A stretch of 64,000 nt of DNA from Azolla caroliniana (lineage: Eukaryota; Plantae; Polypodiophyta), in contig JBHGNT010000002.1 in the NCBI GenBank assembly GCA_043228905.1, positions 13,764,001-13,828,000 on the forward strand, given 5' to 3'. A model generated the notes under the pieces. It had not been told where the DNA came from. It worked only from the letters and a program-made list of their open reading frames with translations, and did no database searches. Position numbers and translations under genes: made by a program. This document shows positions 25,799 through 37,519 of this stretch, one piece after another (within the stretch, counting starts at the first letter, position 1; every line of letters begins with the position of its first letter).

Positions 25799-26427
25799 TT
25801 CTATCTTGGAGGTGCAAGGTTCAATCAAGCCTTGCTTGCATCCCTTTGATTACAAATTTCTAATAGGTTTTTTAGTCTAGATGATTTTGTTCGTTTTACA
25901 CCGAAATCATCGCGATCAACCTATTAGATTGATCCATCTATCTGGTCCGCTTCCGACCCGGTGATTTGGTCTATCCGTTCCGGTTTTGTCGTAGTCGCCG
26001 GATCTATCCGGTTCTAGTCGGCCAGAACCTTTACAAGTAGTTAGGCCACACCCATTCATCCGGTTAGTTTAGCTCAAGTCACCTTGAACATTCTATGATC
26101 CACTCATAGACACAAAGTAATAGATTTTGGCCCTTTTTATATACTCTGGGATCCTTATTTGTCCTGTCTATGTGGGATATCTCGTAGTTTTGTTTTTTCT
26201 CTTCTTCTTCGCAAACTTCATACCCACATAACTTGCCACTTAGTTGTTCGTTTCTTATTTGGTAAAGTGTATTCGAAAGCTCTTGAAGACATCCATCTGT
26301 TTGTACCAAGATATTAAACTAGTTTAAAATAGTATCTTCACTATTATTGTTTTATGTTGTGTGTGAAGAAACACACTCGATTTTGTTTCATTCAATTTTC
26401 ACACTGTTGGCGAAAATCTTTACGACA

Positions 26428-29400
26428 ACGGTCTACAACCAGAGGACTAAGCATTTGGATCATCTTCACATGTGCTTAGAGAAGTGACAAAACACAAGAT
26501 TTGTTAGGAATTGGTCTCTCCTATAGGAGAAGTCGATAGTAGAAGTCAAGGAAGAAGTCAATAGTCAAATACAGGATGGTCGATCAAACCGATCAATGAA
26601 GTTGACTTGGTAGTCGACTGACTAAAGGCTATGGAGAGTCACCTATGGTAGTCGACTATATTAGATAGATGATCCAAGTGTGAGGGATAATCTGACCAGA
26701 TGATCAACGACAAGGTCTGCTAGTCGGGTTGACAAGATAGTCAACATAGAAGTCAGTTAGTTGAACCGAATAGATTGTCTGACTTGTAGGTCAGACAACC
26801 GAGTTGATCAGTTGACTGATTAACTGCTATTATTATTATTATTATTATCTAATAATAATAACTTATCCCCATCTTTAAATATTTGAAGCTAAGGCAATTT
26901 TTAATGCAAAAGTGTGGAGCAGAACTGTATAGTGGAGAGAGAGCAGGTGAGTGTATCAGGGTGTAGGAAGAGATGCGAGAGGGTGCGTGAGAGAGGCATA
27001 GTATAGTGGAACTAGCCAAAACCCTAAGTGGGTATTCTTTGATTTACAGGGGTATTGGAGTTGGAATGGAAACTCCTAAACAGGAAGGCAATGGCCCCCA
27101 TCGGACAGTGTATAGATGTGAGCGTCCTATAGCACGTTGCAAATGACACAAATGCCTACGAAATGTGGCATAAACTATTAGGGTTGTACGAGAGAAAAAT
27201 TGCCCTCAAGAAAACTTATCTGATGAGAAAGATTGAGACTAAAGTACAGATATGGAGAAAGCATAACGGTACACATTAACACCTTCATGGAGTTGGTGAA
27301 TCAACTTGCAGCCGCAAAGTTTCCACTAGATGATGTTATGCAGGCCTTGTTTGTTACTGCTATGTTCCTTGTTAGGTAGTTGGGACAACCTAGTGGTGCC
27401 TCTCAGTACCTTGTGCCAAGAAGAAAACGTGTCCTTACTAGTGGTAAAGACAAGTATCCTAAACAAGGAGACAAGAAGGAAGGACAAGGGTGTCTTGTCC
27501 TGGTCGGAGGCAAATGTGGCACAACATTCAGAAAGAGGAAGAAGCAAGCAGAGAAGTCCACAAAAGAGATAAGAGACTCAAGCCAAATCCAAGTCCAAAG
27601 GAAAACTCACATGCTTTTATTGTGGGTAATCTAGACACTTCTAGAAGGAGTTTCGACACCTTATGAGAGTGAAAGGTGCTTCAAACGATGTCAAACCTAG
27701 AAAGATTTCTAAAGAGAAGGGTACTTCAGTCGTGGCTACAAGTGAAGAAGAGCTTATGTTCATTTGTGAGCAAACGTGTGCAAATCTTGCAAATGAAGAG
27801 TGCACCTGGGTGATTGACTCATGTGCATCGTTCCATATAACTCCCTCAAGAAAGTGTTTCTCGTCTTACACAGTGGTGACTATGGTTGTGTAAAGATGGG
27901 AGATAATGGAGCATGCAAGATAGCCGGCATAGGAAGTGTATGTCTTACAACGTCGACTGGTTGTACACTGATCCTAAGGGATGTTCGACATGTACCCAAT
28001 ATTAGGCTGAATTTGATATCGACTAGAAGATTGAACGATGAAGGCTACAAGGATAGCTTTCAAAATGGCCTGTAGAAGTTCTGTAAAGGAAGGTGCGTAG
28101 TGGCCCGAGCACAGAAACATGCCAAGCTAAGCAAGAATGAAGCAAACGTGGTAGTTGACTTGAGTGGAGATATATGGCACAAGAGGCTTGGCCACAAGAT
28201 CAAGAGAGGCATGCATGCCCTAGCCGACTAGAAACTTCTACCAAATGTAAAAGGAGTGAGTGCACTTGGAGAGATCTATCGACTACCTAGTCGGAAAGAA
28301 AAATAGAGATGCATTCCACTCGAGACCATCAAAGAGAAGAAAAGTTGCACTAGAACTGGTACACACATACGTGTGCTACGTGGATGCTCCATGGCATCGT
28401 AGCGGATAGTACTCTGTAACGTTCATTGATGACTACAATCGAAAGTTGTGGGCTTTCGTACTAAAGTTGAAGGATAAAGTATTGTCGTTCTTCAAAGAGT
28501 TCCAGGCCAGCGCTGAAAGGGAGTCAGATCGTATCCAATAGCCCGAAGGTTTTGTGGAGAAAGGAAAAGAGAATATGGTGTATCGAGTAAGGAACAACTT
28601 GTATGGTCTAAAATAAGCTCCATGCCAATGATACGAGAAGTTTGAATCCTTCATGCTAGAACATGGGTTCCATAAAACACAAGAAGATCATTATGTGTTT
28701 GTCAAAAGGTATGATGAAGGAAACTTCTTGATTCTCGTGCTATATGTTGACGACATGTTAGTGATCGGACAAGACACCAAGAAGATAGCGAGCTTGAAGA
28801 AAGCACTAGGCAAATAGTTTACCATGAAAGATCTTGGACCAGCAAAGCAAATATTGGGGATGCACATAGTTCGTGACAGAACTATGAATGTGCTATGGTT
28901 GTCACAACAAAAGTATGTGGCTAAGATCTTGGAAAGATTCAACATGTCGGAAGCAAAACCAGTCGGGTCTGCGTTGCCAACTAATTGCAAGTTGAATGCT
29001 AGGCAATGTCCAAAGGGGGAGAAGGACAAGGTCAAGATGAGGAAAGTACCATATGCCTCAACCGTCGGTAGTTTAATGTATACTATGGTCTATACGAGAC
29101 CAAACATAGCATTTGCAGTTGAAACAGTAAGCCAATATATGAGTAATCCAGGTCGAGAACATTGGGCAATAGTAAAGTGGGTACTTGGGTACTTGAAAGG
29201 CACCTCAAAGGTGTGCCTTAGGTATGGTTTCAGAAAACCTATGCTCAAAGTTTTTACCGATTCAGACATGTCGGGGGACATAGACTCAAGCCGATCCACA
29301 TCAGGTTATGTGATGACCTATGTAGGGAGAGCAGTGTCATGGCAATTAAGACTGTAGAAGACTGTGGCTTTGTCGACCACGGAAGTAGTATACATGGTTG

Positions 29401-32400
29401 TTGTAGAGGCTGGCAAGGAGTTGATATGGATGAAGAGCTTCCTCAGTGAACTAGGAATGAAGCAAGAAGAATTCTTGCTCCATTGTGATAGTCAAAGCGC
29501 CATACATCTAGCCAAGAACATTGTATATCACTCTTGGACCAAGCACATACAAAGATGATATCACTAGTAATGAGAAAAAGGCGGATGAGGGAGAGTTTAC
29601 CCTTGTGAAGATTCATATTGATGATAATGGCTCCGACATGCTTACAACGCCACTACCTATGAACAAACTCAGAGTCTGTCGACAAAAGATAGGACTAGTT
29701 GACTTTGCCCATAGGAGTGAAGGGGGATTTTGTGAGGAATTTGTCTCTCCTATGGGAGAAGTCGATAGTAGAAGTCAAGGAAGAAGTCAATTGTCAAATT
29801 GACTAGTCAAATACAAGATGGTCGATCAGACCGATCAGTGAACACGACTGACTAAAGGCTATGGAGAGTCGATTATGGTAGTCAATTTTATTGGATAGAT
29901 GATCCAAGTGTGGGGGATAAGCCAATCGGATGATCGATGACAAGGTCTACTAGTCGAGTCAAGAGGATAGTCGACATAGAAGTTGGTTAGTTGAACCAAC
30001 TAGATTGTCCGACGTGTGGGTCCCGAGTGATCAGTCGGCTGATTAACTATTATTATTATTATTATTATTATTATCTAATAATAATAACTTATCCCCATTT
30101 ATAAATATGTGAAGCTAGGGCAAACTGTAGTGCGGAATCATGTAGGAGAACTGTATAGTGGACAGAGAGAGCAGGTGAGCGTATTCGGGTTAGGAAGAGA
30201 CGCGAGAGGGTGAGAGAGAGGCATGGTATAGTGGAACTAGCCAAAACCCTAAGTGGGTATTCTCTGATTTACAGAGATTTGTAATCTGTTCTTCCTTTCT
30301 GTACTTTGTTTATATAGTGGGAACCTCTTGCTCCATGGTTTTCCCCTGTTTTAGGGTTTCCACGTAAAACTTGTGTACTGCATTTTCTGTTTTGTACTTA
30401 TTTCAGTCTATCTTTCTTGTACATCCACGATCCTATCCAGATAAGAGTAAGCTTGAATCCGGAAAAGTACGTATTCAGAGTAACAAGCGGTGCCCTGCTT
30501 GCGCACATTGTCAACAACGAAGGAATAACAATGGACCCGGATAAGGTGAAGGCAATCCTAGAAGCACTACCCCCAAGGCATTGAGCCTGTTTCTCGACCA
30601 AATCCGATGGCATATCCGGATGCTCCGATGTTTGGAGGATTTTGCAACACCCCTACATGTGGCAGTACACAAAACGTCTTTCAAATGGAGAGAGCTAGAG
30701 GCAAAAGCCTACCAAGCATTAAAGGTAATGCTGTCACAAGCCCCAATAGTCCAACCTTCAAATTGGACACGAGATTTCCACGTCTTCGTAGATGCGTCGG
30801 ACATTGCGATCGGTAGCGTGCTGATGCAACTGACCAAGCCAATTTGGTACCAGCCAGTGTACTACGTGAGCTGGAAATTATCCAACGTGGAGCGGAATTA
30901 TACAACTTCCGAACGGGAAGCGTTAGGAATGGTGTGCAGTGTGACCAAGTATAGGCACTATCTGTTGGGGCGCAAATTCTTGTTTCATGTCGATCACTCA
31001 GCTCTAATATACTTCGACTCCAAAGCTTCATTAATAGGGAAATTGGCCAGATGGACGCCACTGCTACAAGAGTTCGAGTTTGATATCTATCATAGGCCTG
31101 GAGTACCCCACATAGTGGTAGATTATTTAAGCCGTTTGGAGTCTGGCGAAGCTAAGGACGGGGTTTGAGACGAATTTCCGAATGCGCAGTTGTTCAAAGT
31201 CATAGCAATTGAATCAGAAAATGAGACAGTACAATCTGATGATAAGTGGATGACGGATATGCAACAGTTTTTTAGTACCGGCATGCCGCCCCAAAACATG
31301 AACAAGGATGAACGAAAGCGGTTGGCGGTTTAGAGCCACCACTTCTAAGTCATACAAGACACCCTGTATCACAAAGGAGTGGATGGAATATGGAGACAAG
31401 CGATTCGAAGTGATGAAAAGGCCTCCGCATTGCGAGAGGCTCGTTGCGGAGTAGTTGGCGAGCACTGTGCCAGAGAAGCATTAGCCAGAAAAATCTAGCA
31501 GAGCGGCTTGTGGTGACCAACCACCCTGAAAGATTCAATCAAGTATTGCCGCCAGTGCGATTTATGTTAGAGAATCGGACAACCCACCAGGCAATTGTGG
31601 ATGCCCCACCAACCAGTACCACCACTAGAACCATTCCAGAAATGGGGATTGGATTTTGTCAGACCCTTCAAGCGGGCGGTAGCACAGACTGAAAACCAAT
31701 ACATCATAGTCACCACTGATTATTGCACAAAATGGGTAGAGGCAAAGGTGTTGCGAGACAACTTGGCGACATCAATAGCCAAATTCCGATATGACTATAT
31801 ATGGTGCCGATTCGGTTGTCCGATTGAGTTATTGAGCGATCAAGGAAAACATTTTATTAACAAAGAAATCGACGGATTAACCTACCATAATGTCGTCGTA
31901 CGTAAGAAAAGCACGCCCTACTACCCACAAGAAAATGGATTGGTAGAATCAACAAACAAAATCTTGCAAACAATACTAAAGAAAATCATCAACGAGAACA
32001 TAACCGACTAGGACACTAAACTCCATACAGCGCTTTGGGTGTATAGAATTAGTTTTAAAGCAAGCATCCAATCCACACTGTTCCGGCTAACCTTTGGACT
32101 GGATGTCGTAATGCCGATAGCATTTCAGGTGCCAAGTCTCTGAGTGTAGGTTTAGGGAAAGACTAGATGAAAAAGCTTCGGAGCAAATCCGATTAGAGTA
32201 GTTGTTGGCGCTCGGCGATGAGCGACTATGGAGTATCTAGCACTTGGAGTGTGACCAAAACCACTAGAAAGCGTTTGTCGACAAACACCAGAAGGGAAAT
32301 GAGAGGCAATTTGACACCGGCAAAGCGATCTTAGTGTTTTAGACACAGACAGGAATCATGATGGGGAAGCTCCGATTTAGATGGACGGCACCATATTGGA

Positions 32401-32488
32401 TAATTAAGGAGTTCAATGGGTCATATAAATTGGGAACCTTAACCGGGGAAGTGTTCGACAAATAGGTAAACAAATTCCGGTTGAAGCT
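26428..32488 (+). mobile_element. Gypsy F RT-RH-IN fragment (E-like), host to C, D and G
   Basis: 26428-26501 (VYNQRTKHLDHLHMCLEK) resumes at 30444 (SLNPEK); RH 30581-31168; IN 31595-32011 (QKWGLDFV). Confidence 0.85.
26502..30443 (+). mobile_element. Copia element D, with deletions of U5/PBS and of IN to the RT start
   Basis: LTRs 26502-~27048 (truncated) and 29731-30443; PPT GGAGTGAAGGGGGA; TSD agatt/agagt; WVIDSCASFH and RT 28824-29357. Confidence 0.85.
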
Positions 32489-32765
32489 TGTCAAGAGTTA
32501 TGTTCGGAAGCTCGTGGACACAACCGGCTCAACTAGATAGCAATAGCAAATAGAACTAAGGTTTAATGGAAAGCTTGAAACACACAAAGAGTACGTGGGA
32601 GAGACAGAGAAGTAAAACTCTATTTCAAAAAATAACACTCTATAAACTTTGTACATTGAATGTGCTCAGAGAGCACTTTTATACACGACCTTAAAAGGAC
32701 TAACAAAAGTACTGACAAGTACTTCAATGCTCATAACTGAGCGACTGACACCGACTCCTAAATAT
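32489..32765 (-). repeat. Partial copia LTR G (L/M-type), interrupted by H
   Basis: Shares GGTTTAATGGAAAGCTT, TGTGCTCAGAGAGCA and AAGTACTGACA with 5719-6133 and 63584-64000. Confidence 0.75.
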
Positions 32766-33020
32766 TGTTGGGAAATCGGTCCCTCCGGATGGGATCCGAT
32801 GATGAATGAAGAGGACCCGGTTTGAACCAGAAGAGATCCGGAAACCGGAGGAGACCCGGTGAGAACCAGAAGAGAGACATATCTGTAAATATGTTTCGAA
32901 TAAGCCTATTGAGGCTATATTTGTAAATAGCCCTAAGTTCATATAAGTATAAATATGACTTAGGGCAATGACTTTGTATGTGAGTTGTCATATTGTTGTA
33001 TGTGCATACCTACTGTATAG

Positions 33021-33060
<40 letters not shown>

Positions 33061-36000
33061 AGGGAGTAGCTACGAGCATTCTCTGTTGTAACCGCCGTCT
33101 AGCGAAGATCGCGAGCACGAGGTTGTTGCCTCTGTGCCTTCACTTTGTATTTTCTCTTCATAGTGATAGTTGGAGTCTGTGGGCTCCCGTGGTTTTTCCC
33201 TATTAGGGTTTTCCACGTAAACATCTTGTGTCATTTCTGTGAAATCTCTTGTTCATTCCTATTTCTGTGATTCAAGACTCAGTTATGGCCGTGCGATATT
33301 CCGTGATTCTCTTCAACCTAGTATCAAAGCGAACAACACAGGAAATGGAAGAATCGTTTGACGGCATGTTTAAGCTCACCGGCTCCAACTACTCAATGTG
33401 GAAGTCGAAGATGAGGGATATGCTAGTGGTTAAAGATCTTTAGTTGCCGGTTCAGCTCGGGGACAAGAGACTGGATAAGATCGACGCCACAGTGTGGGAG
33501 GTGATGCACATGAAGACGACGACATACATCCGGTGCTTCATCGACATGAGCATGTACAACAACTTCAATGAAGAGAGCAAGGCTCATGAACTTTGGGAGA
33601 AGATCGGCATCATGTTCCAGAACAAGAATGACGTTAATCGGGTTTCAGTATTCTGGAAGCTAGTGAGGCTCCAATACCAGGATGGCTCTAGTATGGTGGA
33701 GCACATGAATGTCTTCCAAGGGCTGATACATCAAGCAACCTCGTTGGAAGTACCTCTTGCCGATGAGGTACTCGCATTACTCTTGCTCGGTTCCCTCCTC
33801 GATAGCTAGGAGACGTTAGTTGTCATGTTGGGCAACGCCGGGCTGGAAGGAAAACAGTTGTCCCTAGCAAGGGTAAAATCAAGCTTTCTAGATGAAGAAG
33901 CTCGCTAGAAGGACTGGGAGTCTGGAACCGATCTGAAGGCCTCGGTCACGGAAGATGACCACAACTGGGGAAGAGGCCGATATCGGAGTTCCCAAAACCG
34001 GAACAAATCAGGAACGAGGTCAAAGTAAAGGGGGAGGCCTACTTGCTTCTACTGTGGGAAGTCGGGGCACTTCCAGAAGAACTGTCGGCATTTCCGGAAA
34101 GAGAAGGAAACCGACACCACCGATTCGAAGAAGAGTTCGAACCGAAATGGTTCGGACCGGAGAGGCCCGGATCAGAAAGGAACGTCGGTGATCACAACAA
34201 GTGAAGAGGAATTGATGCTCATTACCGAAGAGAATGAGTTAAACCTTGTCGGCGACGAGACAACATGGGTTGTCGATTCTGGAACGTCATTCCACCTGAC
34301 ACCGGATCGGAAATGTTTCTCATCCTACACAGCCGGTGATCATGGTTGTGTCCGGATGGGGAATGAAGGTACATGCCGAATTGTCGGCATAGGAGATGTG
34401 TCATTGACAACGTCAACCGGATGCAGGTTGTTGTTGAAGGATGTTCGAAACATTCCAGAGGTTTGATTGAACTTGATATCAGCCAGTCAGCTAGATGATG
34501 AAGGCTACACGGGTAGCATCCAGAACGGAGTCATGAAGTTCAGTAAAGGGAGCCTAATAGTGGCTCGAGCCCGGAAGATCAACACACTATACTTAATGAA
34601 TGCTTGGACATGCCGGGAAGAAGTGAACGTAGCATCTGACATTGTCGGTGAGATGTGGCACAAGTGATTGTGTCACATGAGTGAGAAGGGGATGAAGACG
34701 CTTGCTAAAGACAACCTCATTCCGGTGAAGAACGTGCAACTTGAGAAGTGCACCGATTGTTGAGAAGCAAGCTCAACAAAGGTATGTGATGCTTATTGAG
34801 AAATAAGCTATAGTAGCTATTAGCTAATTAGCTACTAGTGGATATAAAGGTGAAACAATTATTTAGCTATGCACAACTATTTAGCTGCATATATAAGTCA
34901 CTTATAACTTAGGTAAAAAGTAAGTAGTAAGTAGTAAGTGTAGAAGTAGAAGAGTAAGAGAGAGAGTAGTGCAGAGTGAGTAAGAACAAAAAAACAGAAA
35001 ACATACGAGAGCGAGTTGAGCTCTGGGTGTAATGAAGTAGAAGTTTTTTGGATTGTGCAAAGGTAACCTTCCTTCCCCTTCCCCTTTCTGTCTTGAGCAC
35101 TGAACGATCTAGCACATCACGATCCGCTGCGTACACAGAAGAGCCGTAGTGCCTTCGTAACATGGTATCAGAGCAGAGTTGCTCATAAAGAAGAGTATAG
35201 TAGTGCACAAATCTGAGAAGGTTATTTCTTTGTTTGTTGATTTGAATCAGAGAGCTAGATGTTGAAGTAATCGTAGCAAAAGCCCTAATAGGAAGAGAAA
35301 ATGGCTGCTGAGAATGCATGCCAAATCATTACAGAGAAATTAGATAAAAACAATTTCCCGATGTGGAAATTTAGAATGACAAATTTCCTGATGGGGAAAG
35401 GATATTGGGATTACATTGAAGGAGACCTAGAAGAGGCTCCAGAGATCCTTGATCACTTAGCATCTCAGATTCGATGTATGGACACATACAGGATGTTATG
35501 CTTCCAAAAGAAGCTTGGGACAATTTAGTAAAACTATTTGCAGTGAATACAAAGGCAAGAAAGCTTCAGTTGAAAACTGAGCTAAATACTTTGGAAAAAG
35601 GTAAGATGTCAATGAATGAGTATGCTCTAAAAATAAAGAGTATATGTGAATCACTTGCTTCTATCAATGTGAAGATAGAAGATGATGATAAGGTGGAAAT
35701 ATGCTTAAGAGGCTTAATACCTCAATACAAGAGTTTCAAAACATCTATTCTCACAAGGGATAGTACCCCAAGTTTTCCAGATCTGGTTTCAATGCTTGTA
35801 GTAGAAGAAAGAAATCAAATGGATGATGTAAACAAAGGAAACTCAGAGAATGAGGAGCAAGCCCTCTACAATGGTGCTGGAAGAGGCCATGGAAGATTTG
35901 GTTTAGCTAGAACCAACAACAATAATTATCAAGGAAGAGGACAACAGGCTGTAAGGGGAAGAAATAACATCAAAGGCAGGGGGAGCAATCGAGGAAGAGG

Positions 36001-37469
36001 TAAGCAAACCTATTTGAATGATGATGGTTGTTGGCATTGTGGAAAACCAAGCCACACACAGGCTGAATGCTATAAAAAGCAAAATGATGAGAAAAGAGGG
36101 AAGAGACAACAAAATAATTATGCCTCAACCAGTGAAGACTGTGATAAAGATGGTGCATTTGTGGTGCAACATGAAACAGCAGCAGTGGCTGAATGTTCAC
36201 AGAGATGCAATGAAGAGTTTATGTGGTATGTAGATTTTGGGGAATCTAATCATATGACAGGACATAAAAACTGGTTTGAAAGGTTAAGGGAACCAGAGAT
36301 TCTTGGTTATGTACAAACAGGTGATAATACTACTCACCAAATAGAGCATGTTGGAGATATCCCATTGTGGGAAGAAAAAGGAAAAACAAAGTATATGTTG
36401 AATGTTATGCATGTTCCAAACCTTGCAAAAAATCTAATTTCTATTGGACAAATAGTAGAGCAAGGAATGCAAGTGAAGTTTAAGCAAAGTGGATGCTTCA
36501 TAGAGAAAAATGGAAAGCTCATTGCAAAAGGAAAACGAGAAGGAAGGATGTTTGTGTTAGATGTGGATATGCCTAGGAAGATTACAACCATGTTTACAGA
36601 AGGTATGAGTGTAATCTCAGAAGTGGAAATGTGGCATAAAAGAATCGGTCACATAAGTATGCAAACATTGAAAAATATGTTGTGGAAAGATGCAATGGCT
36701 AGACTGCCTAAGCTCAAAGACTGAGAGATGGGAAAAGTATGTAAAGCATGTCAATATGGAAAGCAAAACAGGTTGCCTTTCCCTCATGAAAGACATGTAT
36801 GTAAAAATTTGTTGGATTTGGTACATACAGATGTATGGGGACCAACAAAAAATGCATCTATTGGTGGTTGTAGATTTTATGTAACATTTATTGATGATTA
36901 CTCAAGGAAAACATGGGTGTACTTCATGAAAGAAAAAAGTGAAGTATTTGATTGCTTCCTTAAGTTCAAATGTATGGTAGAAAAACAAGCCGGAACAAGA
37001 ATAAAATGTCTAAGATCTGATGGAGGAGGAGAATATTTCTCCAATGAATGTTGTTCTCTGACCGGACAAGGCCTAACACAAGGTGTCACGGAGACACTTC
37101 ACCAAAGGGTGATTACGGCATAGGATTATGACTCAACGATTACACCGACCTAAGTAGGTTACACGATTAGAGCGCTTTTGTTAATTACACGTGTAAGATA
37201 TAACAGTAGGTACAGAACGGAAATCAACACAGAAGTATAAACACCATACGCTCTATTAATTATCCGCTGCGATTACAATGGGCTCCGGGCCTTTAAATAG
37301 GTTTCCGGTCCGTAGTACAAAACGGTGCCTATCGCACCTATTCGGGATCTGTCCGGATCTGGAACGGCATACCGTTTCCAGTCTGTCCGTCCATACTATG
37401 CTTATTTACAACCATACTTAATTAATTCCTTCACTCCGTATTTTGGACTCCTTGCCGGCCGGTAACACA

Positions 37470-37507
37470 TGGCACGCCCGTGGGACAGTACCTTGTACGT
37501 CGAACCC
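37470..37507 (+). other. Inverted PBS-like, tRNA-Arg-derived motif at the PPT position of E (same motif at 4418-4455 in A)
   Basis: TGGCACGCCCGTGGGAC 2 nt from the LTR, then a 13-nt insert, then TCGAACCC. Confidence 0.75.
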
Positions 37508-37519
37508 TTCTCGGCCCCT

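Larger units (their letters stand above)
13440..26427 (-). mobile_element. Gypsy element C (tRNA-Trp primed), 3' truncated, split by element B
   Basis: 5' LTR ~25060/25619-26427 (TGT...TACGACA); gag 24160-24993 resumes at 16261 (CVWCD knuckle); protease 14890-15537; RT 13532-14889 (LPQGAT, FLDD). Confidence 0.85.

Noticed and set aside
27040-27060. Spliced retrocopy explaining the LTR-to-gag join in D
   Set aside because: The join removes U5 and the PBS, which replication needs, and the intact 3' LTR shows no GT donor there; a post-insertion deletion is simpler.
37470-37507. A true tRNA gene at the 3' end of E or A
   Set aside because: Only T-arm and acceptor 3' sequence with an encoded CCA is present; there is no D or anticodon arm, and the upstream sequence is ORF3.
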